A DNA stretch of 64,000 nucleotides, from the NCBI RefSeq assembly GCF_018977255.1, contig NW_024704743.1, forward strand, positions 80,664,001 to 80,728,000, in the 5' to 3' direction. Shown here one piece after another: positions 50,481 through 61,957 of this stretch. Below the pieces are notes generated by a model. The model was not told where the DNA came from. It made no database searches and saw only the letters and a list, made by a program, of their open reading frames with translations. A program made the translations under genes and the position numbers. The first letter of the stretch is position 1, and each line of letters opens with the position of its first letter. This DNA comes from Callorhinchus milii. Taxonomy: Eukaryota.

Positions 50481-51099
50481 TTTAAAATGTTTAGTTTAAA
50501 GCTGCAGAACAGTTTTTCCCGCACTGTAGACCTTTTCCCGCACAGTTTGAAAAGCACCGACTGAAGCCATCCACTCCCTGTCCCCCACAGGGGGAGAGGC
50601 ACACGGGGAGCCACACGATTGGCGGATCGCTTTCCGGGGGTAATAATCCCTTCAAAATAAATAAATAATAATAAATTGGTCACTTCCATCCACGGCTGTT
50701 CGCGGGTCGCTGCTGTGCGCTGCCGGGTTTCGCTCACAAACTATGCAGTCAATTCACTTTACAGTCTATTCTGTGAGACGTCTAGAAGACGTGAAAAGCC
50801 CTATATCAAAGGCGAGGATTATTAATGCCGGGCGACTTTGGGGCGGGTGTTTGGTGGGCTTTGGGCTACCCGTGTGTTTTAATTTCTGGCAGAAGCCCTG
50901 CTCATGGCTCGTCTGTATCGTTACTGAGTGTAAGGAGCGCCACAGTGTAATGGTCAGGTGACATGTTTGGCAACAGAATGCCAGAATCGAGCCCACCCTC
51001 TGTGGCGGTGTTGGTAATCCAAAGCGCTGCGCCCAGACAGCCTGGCTCATCGGCCCGACGGAGTCACTGGGGCAGGGATGCTTCCCATTCAGCTCCCGT

Positions 51100-52443
51100 T
51101 AAATTGGTCAAAGTGACAAATGACATTCTGCCTCTGCCTTCCTCGGCCTCCTTGACCTCTCTGCTGGACCTCTCTGCTCTCTGTGGAGTCCTGTAGCTCA
51201 GTGGTTAGAGCACTCGCTTTGCAAGGAGAGACCTGAGTTCAATTCCAGGCAGAGGGCGAAACCTTGGGCAAGTTTCCTTACTCCACACAGAGCGTAATAA
51301 TAATCCCTCCAAAACCCAAAACAATAATAAATTGGTCATTTTCAATCTACGACTGTTTGTGGGACATTGCTGTGCGCAATTGGCTGCCTCATTCGCCCAC
51401 AAATATACAGTCAATTCACTTTACAGTGTGTTCTGTGAAGCGCTTTGGGACGTCCTCCCGACGTGAAAAGCGCTATATCAAAAAAAATGCTAATTTTCGA
51501 CACCGTCGACCACTCCATCCTCATCCACCGCCTCTCCTCTCATCTCAACCTCCACCGCTCTGCCCTTGATTGGTTCAGATCATACCTCTCACACCGCCTG
51601 CACTTCATCTCCTCAAACGGCTTCTCCTCCAGCCCCCGGACCGTCTCGTGCGGTGTTCCTCAGGGCTCTGTCCTTGGTCCCCTCCTCTTAAATATCTATA
51701 TGCTCCGTCTTAGTGACATCATCCGCAGACATGGGGTCAACTTCCACATGTATGCGGATGACACCCAACTCTACATCTGCGCCATGACCTGCTCTGCCTT
51801 CCCCCAACTCCGCAATGTCGCCCGGCTCTGACACTGTCTCACACCGCAGACGCCGAAACCCTCATACACTTCATTACATTGAGACTCGATTATGAAAACT
51901 CACTGCTTGTCGGCCTCCCCAACTCCTCCCTCCACGGGCTGCAGATCATCCAGAACTCTGCAGCCCATGTCCTCTCCCGCACTAGGCTCCGCGACCCTAT
52001 CACCCTCATCCTTGCCCAACTCCACTGGCTTCCCATCACACAGAGGATACAGTTTAAGATTCTGGTCCTCACCATCAAAGCCCTCCACAGTCTTGCTCCC
52101 TCCTATCTCTCCGACCTCCTAACCCCCTACCACCCTGTTCCCTCCCTCTGCTCAGCAGGCTCCAGCCTGCTTCACGTCCTCCGCCTTGCTCGCCCCACTA
52201 TTGGTGGGCGGGCCTTCTGCCACTCTGCACCCACCCTCTGGAACTCCATCCCACAGTCCCTCCGTCTCGCCCCCTCCCTCGCCACCTTCAAGACCCTCCT
52301 CTTTGACCGTACTTTCGATCTCACTGCTTCCCCCCCCCGCCCCCACCCCGACCCTCAGCTCGGGTCCGTAACTCTGTCCAGTGCATTGGGACGTCCTCCC
52401 GACGTGAAAGGCACTATACAAATGCAATTTTGTTGTTGTTGTT
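51100..52443 (+). mobile_element. L2 LINE RT/3' fragment (internally deleted, interrupted by a SINE)
   Basis: [26 protein letters not shown] and LHWLPI motifs, stem-loop and (TTG)n tail. Confidence 0.9.
51183..51490 (+). mobile_element. Young tRNA-Ala-headed SINE inserted in an L2 fragment
   Basis: Near-identical to the other copies; it splits the L2 LLDLSA/FDTVDH motif. Confidence 0.9.
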
Positions 52444-52777
52444 AATCTTGCAAGCTAAAGCTCAACTGGTTTACATCTTAGCTTTTGCCATCTGCGCCTA
52501 ATACTCTCCGGAATTAGGTAAGCAGAATGCATCCCTCCAGGGAGAGATTGCAAATTCCAATAAATATCTCTTGGGATTTCCAGCTTGTGATAGTGCCACT
52601 TTTACTTGCTATATATGTTTGGTAAAAGTGCTTCAACAACATGTTTATTTTATCCAAAAGGTACTAAATAAGTGTAAATGTAAATTCTTTATCGAAAGGA
52701 ACAAGTTTCCAATTAAACTGAGTGCTTGGCTATATTTTTTTACTAATTGCAGGACTTGTACCAGATACTATTACAGA

Positions 52778-52922
52778 ATGCCTGGACAGTCGAATACAAA
52801 TCCTGTGATCTTCCTCAAGTCTGTGGATTCAGCGGTGTCCTCACTGAAAACTTGTCAGATGTATATTAAAACTGGAATAGAAATTACAACAGGTATTGCA
52901 CTTGACCTCATTGAGCGTGGAG
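52778..52922 (+). CDS. NSMCE2: NSMCE2 first coding exon (MPGQSNTNPVIFLKSVDSAVSSLKTCQMYIKTGIEITTGIALDLIERG); the exon starts at 52753 with a short 5' UTR
   Basis: Translation matches the recalled N-terminus of vertebrate NSMCE2 (human MPGRSS...FSGVESALSSLKNFQACINSGMDTASSVALDLVE). Acceptor ttgcag ends at 52752, ATG is at 52778, donor G|gtaagt follows 52922. 145 coding nt, ending in phase 1. Confidence 0.92.
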
Positions 52923-55900
52923 GTAAGTTCACAACAAAATGGTTCTTGCTGCTTTAAGCACACAGCTGAGTTGAAATGTCAGCCTAGACTGAGAGTTTGT
53001 AGTTCCAATATTGGTCATAAACCCACACAACCTTTTGACTCAGAGGAGAGAATGCTACTAACTGACACAGTTTTAGGCTGTTTGATTACGTATACCAGTA
53101 TTAGGGCTTCCTGTTTGCACGAAATGAAGTAACTTTTTCACTCTGATATTCACTAAACCCCCGGCTGGCCGGACGAAGAGTGGGAAGATGTAGTCTGGTG
53201 AGCTGGATTTCTGACTTAGAGTAATTACGATGCCGGAACTGACATTTACCGGCTTTTTCAAAAGTGCTGGTATCGGCATTGTAACTGTTTGAATCATCGG
53301 AGCAGAAGATAGCGAATAAGAGATTCAAACAGAGTCAAAGTCGATATACTTGGATAGGAGAGTGACTGGGAAGGCCAGCAAGCATGGTCAGGTGGGGACA
53401 CATGACAGGAGAGTGGCTGGCAGGAGTCTACATGCACACAGGCCTATGGATTTTTAAAAAAAATTCAATTTCAGGCCCAGTCCTGCCAAGTCCGGAGTAA
53501 AGGAAACCGGGGGAGTTGCTGTATTTTTCTCTTGTGCTGCTGTTGTGTCGGCCAGTGCATAATCTGAATTTAACATTGACCCACCAGCTGTAATTGAGGA
53601 TCCACAATGTGAGAAAATATTAGTGTAAACTCCATCCAGTAGCCAAACTGCTGTGTCTGCAGGATTTAGTTTCTTTTGGGTACAGGTGTGTCGAGTTAGT
53701 TGTGTGCTCAGTTTTCAGAGCACACAGAGACTCACTGCATCGATGGGAAGTGAATATTTTACATTGTTGAGCAGCATTGTTTAAAATCATTCATTGTAAT
53801 CTGTAGTGTTTGCGTTTCTGACCACGGGTCTCCAACTTTGCATATTTCCTCCTCCCCAATCAGCGATGGGATTTCAGCTAATTATCTCTTCCTGGTAAGA
53901 GTTTGCCCCTCCCTCACCCCCATGAGAAATTGTATACTATACACAGATACTGTGTATGCAAACTGCAAGTTCTACATGACTCCTGATACTGAGCTTGTAC
54001 AAACAGATCCTGTCATGTAGAAATGAGGAACTATCATGCATGTTCACACTCTTGTGTGAGCATCATTACATTGAATACCATTTTTCTGCTTATAAAACAA
54101 TACAGTGCCTGTAGCAACCTTGCATACATGTATGTAACTTTGCACATATACACAACCAGATCTTTTTGTCTTTATAATTTTTTGAAAATGTAGAGAAAGA
54201 TATAGATATGGAGAAAATTATAGAGAGAAAAAAATTAAAGATACTCAGAGTGAGGGAGAAGGGCAGAGTGAGAGAGTCAAAATAAGAAAGAAAGAATCAG
54301 AGAAAAGGATTGGTATTACAGTGTAGTATTACAAAGACAGTGTAACTCATTGAAACAATTTTTAGATAGCCACTGCAGCCAATTTGTATTTTGTGGTGTT
54401 CAATTTTAAAGTCACTCCACTTTACAGTATACCTTTCAAAGTGCTTTGAGATGGCCTCCTAAAGTGAATGGCGTTATATCAATGTAAGGATTATTATTAT
54501 CCACAATGAGGCAGGTACCAATTCGTGCTGATAATTGGTTCTGTACTGCTATCCTGGTCAGAGTCAGTAGAGTTTGGGATCGTCCTGCATGAATTAAAGG
54601 TAACGATAATTACTCCAAATGGAGACCCAATAGATTTTAGTGACTCTCTAGTTTTCAACTTACACTCTTGATTCCAGGTCCACTAATAATGAATACATTG
54701 ATGATAATAATAATCCTTGCATTTAATACAGGGCCTTTCATGACAGGAGAATGTCCCAAAGAGCTTCACTATAAAGTGGAGTGTGTGTGTATTTGTGGGT
54801 GAATGCGGCAACTCAATTACGCACCCAATTATGCAACATCCCACAAACAACCAGGAAACAAATGACCAATTTTATTTGGGGCATTGTTGGTCAGGACACT
54901 GGGAGAAATTTCTCTTCTCCAATAGTGCCATGGGATCTTTAGCATCCACCTAAACAGGCAGTCGGGATCCCATCCGAAGGGCAGTACATCTGTCGATGCT
55001 ATACACTAAGCACAGAATTGCAGTGTCAGTTTAGACCAGGGATTGCCAATCGGTTGTTCACCAGTAGGTGCCGTCTCGTGCATTCTCATTAAAAACAAAG
55101 ACGGGTGATATTTACCACAGTTTTTAACATTAAAGTTTCTATTTTTATTTCCAGATTCATGAAATACTTTGTGTATTCATTTTCGTTTTCGATTTGACTC
55201 AATAATGACACAGATCTTTTGCTCCTTCCTCTTGTCTTTTTGATCATATGCAGCAGCACCAGCTTGCAGTGATCGACTGGTTGGAAACCTCTGCTTTAGA
55301 TTATATGAGTTCAGTGCCCAATGTGACTCAGGCAACACTGCTGCCAATAGGGCCAGGCTGTCACACAGTGTGGTTCAATGATATACTGTCTGCTTGTCTG
55401 TCAGACATCAAGGTCTGGATGACCCACAATTTACTAAAACTAAATGTGACAGTGCGGAAGCCATCCTCTTTAGCTCCCACCAGCATCTTCTGGCTTTGAC
55501 TTCCTCAACCTCTCCAGCCTCTCTGAAACTTGCCAAATCAGTGCAATCTTGGTGTCTGGTTGAAACCACATCTTTCATCTTCACATCCTCTCTGATCAAG
55601 ACTACTTTTCTTCATCTCTGCCATATCTCCAGTCTCCACCCCCATCTAACACCAAATGCTACTGAAACTCGTATCCATGCCTTATCGTCATCTCCCGTCA
55701 TGACTTTTCAAATGTACTTTGCTGATCTCCTTAGCTCCAACTTACACAAAACTCCATTGCTCGTATTCTCACCCACACTATACTCTGTAAGCCTATCGCC
55801 CCAGTTCTTGCCGGGCTCCCTTTTTGTCGCCTCCCCATCTCCCTTTTCCCTGTTGGCTGTCCGACCCTATCACTGTGAAGGGCTTTGAGATGTTTTCCTA

Positions 55901-56039
55901 CTTCAAAGGCACTATATAAATGCAAGTTAGGTTTTTTGTAGTTGAAACTGTATGCTGCCTGACTCAGAACAAAGATATATTTCATGAGGAAAAAATGATT
56001 TGGTGTTGCAGCATCTTGAAGTTGTATTTTATTTGCTCT

Positions 56040-56361
56040 TAATAATAATAGTAATAATAATCCTTGCATTTTGATATAGCGCTTTTCACGTTGGGAGGAC
56101 GTCCCAAAGCGCTTCACAGAACACAAGTGAATAAAGTGAATTGACTGTATATTTGTGGGCGAACGCGGCAGCCAATTGCGCACAGCAATGTCCCACAGAC
56201 AGTCGTAGATTGAAAATGACCAATTTATTATTGTTTTGTTTTGGAGGGATTATTATTAGGCGTGTGGAGTAAAGAAACTTAACCAAGGTTTTGCCCTGCC
56301 TGGAATTGAACTCAGGTCTCTCACTTGCAAAGCGAGTGCTCTAATCACTGAGCTACAGGAC
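56040..56361 (-). mobile_element. Young tRNA-Ala-headed SINE
   Basis: Reverse-complement copy of the same family. Confidence 0.9.
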
Positions 56362-57964
56362 GCCTTGGTGGGATGTGGTGACTCTGGGTGATCATGACAC
56401 AAAAGTATTTGCGTTGTGTATACATTTTGGTTTAATTATAATATTGGAGTTGTAATTCAAGTATATTTCAGTTGGGGGCAGTATTACTATTTGTTTATGT
56501 GACTTGGAATAATTAAGATTTTATTTAGGATTATTCTCAGAATTATGAGGTAATGGCTATGAATTCTAAATTAGTACATACACCATTCCTGAATTAGCAG
56601 CAACCTATTTCCAGGTGTTTGCCATAGCTGCTTTTGAATCGGAGCCAGCACCTAAAGTGAAGGAAAGGTAATTTACCTGTATTTTTTTCAATGGAAACCA
56701 CCAACTTCTTCTGCTCGTTTTCATTTGATGCTCTGTCAGATTGAGATTGGGGATTTTTACAGACACAAGGCCACATTTTAACATTCTGCGAAATGTTACT
56801 TACGTCAGTGCTTTTAGATTACTTGAATTAGCAGTGTATATTGTTGGAAGTATAACAATATCGATATAACGTTAGAGCAGTTAGATGTGTGTCTGAATTT
56901 TACCTCCTAGCCATAATTGCAATGGCTGATTGTTGAATTGATTACTAAATTAATTACACATTAAGTTATCGGATTTTTAGTTTTATGAGTGCTAAAGAGT
57001 TTTGTTATATAACAGCCCTTCAATAAAATTAAAAATAGAAGAACTTCAAAGGGTTTATTTCTGAGTATACACGAAAGTTGATTTCCACAGCCTGTATTTA
57101 TACAGCAGCAGTGTGAATTGAGGTGCTGCCAAAAAAAACCATCACTTCAAGGTTATCTCAATTGTAGCGCTCTGACTTGATTTGCTTTTATTGACCCAAT
57201 TTATCGTCATTTTTCATGGTGAATTTCTGTGAAATGTGGAATTCTAAAGCACTATGTCATCCTGCCTTCTGTAGGAAGTGCCATTAGCAGCATGTCCACA
57301 TGTATGTGGGTGACACCCAAATCTATTTTGTGTACCATCAGCGCATCATCCTTGGTCGAGCGTTAGATTTATGCTCTAACTCCATCTCGCTCCCTTTCTA
57401 TCAGTTTTTGAGTCCTGACTTAAAACTTACCCTCTCCCTTAGGCTCTGAGTTTGACTGTGTCATTGCAAAGTGTTGTAAGACTTGAGTGAATATAAATGC
57501 AAATTATTGTTGCCTGCAAAGCTTGGAAGAAGTGACATTCGTAGTGACCTTAGACATTGAAATTGACCATTTTTATGGTCAAAAAAATGGAAAAAGAGAT
57601 AAATAAGCATCAATATTATCTGTCAAAACAGTTAAAAATGAAAGCTGACAACACTATTTATGAACATAATAGAAGGGAATTGAACTTTGAAAACTGGGTT
57701 GTGGCTGATATTTATTTTACTCAGCGTCTTTAAAAATAATTGGGCCTGAATTGGACTGAATATTTCTAAAAACGGTATGGCCCTTTATAAAAGGAAATAG
57801 TTTAAAATGTGTTTTAAAATGCATTGGTTACTCACTCTAATGCTGTGGATTGAATATTGTGCAAGAGATTTATTTTTCCTAATAATATTGACAGTAATGT
57901 GACATTTCAGCTATTAATGAAAGACTGAATGATTTAAAGGTCAGTTGGCATTGATGAGAAAACT

Positions 57965-58840
57965 GAAGGTTGTGATTGGGAACTCCATATTAAGGGCAGT
58001 AGACAGGAGTTTCTTTAACCGGGTCCGTGAGTTCAATGGTGTTCTGCCAGAGTAAGGGATATAATGAAGAAGCTGCAGAAGGTTTTGGAGAGGGATGGAG
58101 AACAATAGGTTCATGTGGGACCAATGACATAGAAAAGAATAGGTTTCAGGTCCTGTAGAGCAAGGTTTAGAAATTACTTACTGCTGCGTTTTGCCACAAA
58201 ATACATAGTCAATCCACTTTACGATATATTCTGTGAAGCGCTTTGTGGCATTTCAATGACCTGATAAGGAGCTATATCAAATGCAAGAATTATTATTATT
58301 ATAGATTGAAGCAAAGGATCTCAAGCGTTGTAATCTCAGGATTACTCCTTGTGACAGTCAGCATTGTAACAAAGATATGGCAGATACATTTCTACCTTGT
58401 CTGCAACAACGGTGTTAGATGGAAAGGTTCTGATTCTTGAGACATTGGGTGTGGTTTGTACAGTCTGGACAGACTACACCTGAGTAAGTCGGGGACCAAT
58501 CTCCTTGCTGGGAGAATTAATAATGCTGTGGGGAAGAATTTAAACTAATATGGCAGGAGGGTAGAAAAAAACAATTAGGTGGAAATAAAAGAAAGCATCA
58601 TGGGAATCGGATCCAAGTTTGCAGAAAATATAAAAGTGAATGTCGGAGAGCTAATAGGGATTTAATCAAGAGGATGAGGAATTGTAAAGGAACCCAACAG
58701 GTCAGAGACCGATTTGAGGGGTATCTAAGTATATGTAAGGCATATACAGAGGTATGGGCAGGTAATTGGGACTGAAAGGATTGCTCTTAAAAGAACCAGC
58801 AGAGAAACAATGGGCCGAATAGCTGCTTTCTGTGCTGTAA
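57965..58840 (+). mobile_element. CR1 remnant: ORF1 SGNH-esterase region followed closely by a CR1 3' end
   Basis: Fragments VIGNSILRAVDRSF, VHVGTNDI, VVISGLL and LDRLHLSKSGTNLLAGRI, then a 3' UTR-like ATGGGCCGAATAGCTGCTTTCTGTGCTGTAA. Confidence 0.7.
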
Positions 58841-59270
58841 ATTTCTTTGGTTCTCTGAAGTTGATTTATTTTAAGCAGAAAGCAGTGTGTTTGCATTCAA
58901 TATAGCCAACATTTCTGAAAAAAATCATAAAACATTTCTGTGTAGGTCATTAATATTCCTGCCTTGTTCTTTCTCTGTTTTCATTTGGAGAACAAAATGG
59001 AACAATTGCAAGCACCAGCAGCCTCAGGCTACCCGACGGCCAGAACAAGCTACACTGCTATTGTGTTACAGCACTGCCTGTTCGGTGAGGAGCTCTCAGA
59101 TTTTGGTGATGATCTAAAATGTAAAATTAAAAAAACTAGATTGTCAAACAAAAAGATTAAAAATGATAGAATACTCACCAGTGAGGTCCAATAGCATTTA
59201 TGTTTAGGTAAGAAAGTACTCTGCTCCTCTATCCTACTCCCTGAAATTCATATTCACTGATGGGCGATTA

Positions 59271-59439
59271 CAATGAAACTCTGATAATTCATCCCTGGGA
59301 TAAGTAGTCAACTCGACATAACTTGTCACTCACTCAATATCCTGGCTATTTCGAGTACTTTGTACTTTTGAGATAACTTTTGGATAAGTCGTCATTTGAG
59401 CTATTTCCCATGGGGTGATAAGTTATCAGAGTTTAAGTG
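59271..59439. mobile_element. Tc1/mariner (pogo/Tigger-like) MITE
   Basis: Terminal inverted repeats CAATGAAACTCTGATAA / TTATCAGAGTTTAAGTG (15 of 17 match), with further imperfect pairing inward and TA on both sides. Confidence 0.7.
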
Positions 59440-61957
59440 TATTTGTCTTTAGCTCCAGTTGGGCATTTCTTTCGTTGTAGGCTCTATTGTTGACAATAGC
59501 TTTATTTGACAATTTTAAAACTTAAAAAAATATTTTTTAGCACAATTGATCCGTACCAAATGTGTGTAAACTGGTAGCTAAGACTGAGTTGCCAACACTC
59601 ATGTTTAAATGCACAACTTTAGAAATTGTAAGAATAAAAGCTCAGATCAGTGGGATTGAAAGTACATGTTGCTCCGAAAGCCCTTGTGGGCTCATGGGCA
59701 GAATGGCGGCCTCCTGCGCCACTAATTTCTATGATTCTATTATAGGTTTCATTTCTATTTATTAATCTAACAATTTAAGTGATCTTTTCAAGACATCATT
59801 CCAGGACTTTAGGAGTTGTTGGCAGCAAATTTAATTAATATTGCAAGATCAAAGAATGTTTAAAGTGACTGTACTCCATCCATGACATTATCTTTCAGTA
59901 ATGTCTCATAATTATGTTGCAAGCGGAGTGTGTTTCCTATTAAACGTAACCTCATACTGCAGCTGTAGAACTCTAAACATCTGTTGTTTTACTGAATACA
60001 ATTGTTTTGCCTTTGGACAAATATTCCACTTTAATCTTCTAAAGTAGGGTGGTCCAATCTTTTGACTGCTGAGAGCCGGATGCCCTATTTGAGGAACATC
60101 CGTGGCCGGCATAAGCAATATTTTTGTGTTTCCCTTCCAGAAACATAACATAATATTTCTGGGTTATGGAGGGAGCGAGTAAGCCATGTGAAATAGGGCC
60201 CCTCCTCTTCGACTCCACCTTAGGTCACTCTCCTTCCCCCACCCTCCCTGCCCTCTAACCACCTGATCCCCAGCTCTGGTTGAAATCTCTGATTGTCCAG
60301 CACTTTGGGACGTCCTCCTGACAAGAAAGGCGCTATACAAATGTAATTTGTTGTTGTTGTTCCTAGATTCATAATCTGTTTGATTACTAGATGCTAATTA
60401 CCTTAGGAACATAGGAGCGTAGGAAATCTCATCTGATGCTAGTGATAGCTTTCAAGATCTCTGAGTCCATCTACTAGATTATAATAGATTAAGAATGTCT
60501 CTATCAGAGATTTATGAAATCAAAGCATTACAAAGAATTGTGATTAATTTCTAGTAGCTTTGTACATTTCAAAACGAGTGTTCCAAAGAAATGATCTTAG
60601 AGGAGTGACTGATGATTTCCACTTAACCATTTACAAATAATGATAGGTGTACTCTCCTAATGTTCAGTGACCCTTGCCTAAAAGATTTTTTGTTGGATGT
60701 TTAAAGACAGGATCAAGTTGAGCAATGATTTCCTTTCGCAGTGCAACAACCTGCTGAGGGAGTTGAATCACCCCAGATAGATTCTATCTCCAGGTAGATA
60801 TATTGGTGACATTCACTTTTTAAATTGTGTACAGGGAACTCAGTAATAAGATGGGCCAATAAAAATTGCGGAAATATTTGCCAAAATTTGCAGGGCATTT
60901 GCAGATTTTGTGGGGGATTGCGCAAGGTTGATTGGTGCTATTGAGAGATTCATTTTGTGAAACAACCCAGATTAAAATTCTAGGTATATATTTCCTGAGA
61001 ATGTAGTTATGTTTAAAATACTAAAAATGTGAATTTGAATAGTACAGAGCTTACCAAGAATTTGTCACAGGAACTCAGTTTAGGCAGGGCGTCGAGCAAA
61101 TAGACGGCACCAGTATGACGCAGCTGTTATTTCTATCGTGGGTCACTCACTAGCGGCAAGGACGATTTCCCGCTCGCGCCACTTCAGTGACCCTAACACG
61201 CCGCGGCGCATGATCAGAGCTGCTCCACACACAGTATCAGCGTTGAGCGAATAGCGCGCGGAGACCCAGGGCCGAGCACACTGTAGCAGACGAGGGTGTA
61301 TCTAGCGGAGGGGGGCGTTTCTACCGGGTTCAACAGAAAAGGTGCAGTTGCACTTTTCTATCGGCCCAGGTAATAAGGATCAGAGTAGAAAATTACACAC
61401 GGTAATCTGCAAGATAAAGTTACCAATTAGACCAAATGATCACATAAGAATTGTGGCATTTTATATCAGCAAATCAGTGCAAATCTTGGAAATAGAGGAA
61501 AGCAGGTGACTTTTGTATAATAATAATAATAATCCTTGCATTTGTTATAGCGCCTTATTACATTGTCGAGATATCTCAAAGCACTGTACTGTAAGGTGAA
61601 TTGACTATATTTTGTGGGCGAAATGTGGCAGCCAATTGCACACAGCAGTGTCCCACAAACTGTTGTGGATTGAGTGACCACATTTTGCTTTTTTTGGAAG
61701 GACTATTACCCCCAAAAAAGATCCGCCATTCGACTTAACAACTGGATTCCTACTTACTGCTGGGTAAACAGAGTGGAGAAGGAAATGTGCGTAAGGTTTT
61801 GCCCGTTTTCTAGATCTGGTAATCATCAGGATATTAGAAAGATCAGATTCTATCTATCATAGCCAAAAGTTGAAGATTTTCGAATAGTAACAACGACAAC
61901 ATGTATTTATATGGGCCTTTTATGTAAAATTTTGCAGAGCTTTACAGAGATGTTGCA

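Noticed and set aside
52571..52957. 128-aa ORF as a complete gene
   Set aside because: Only 52778-52922 is NSMCE2-like and bounded by splice sites; the rest is intron or UTR.
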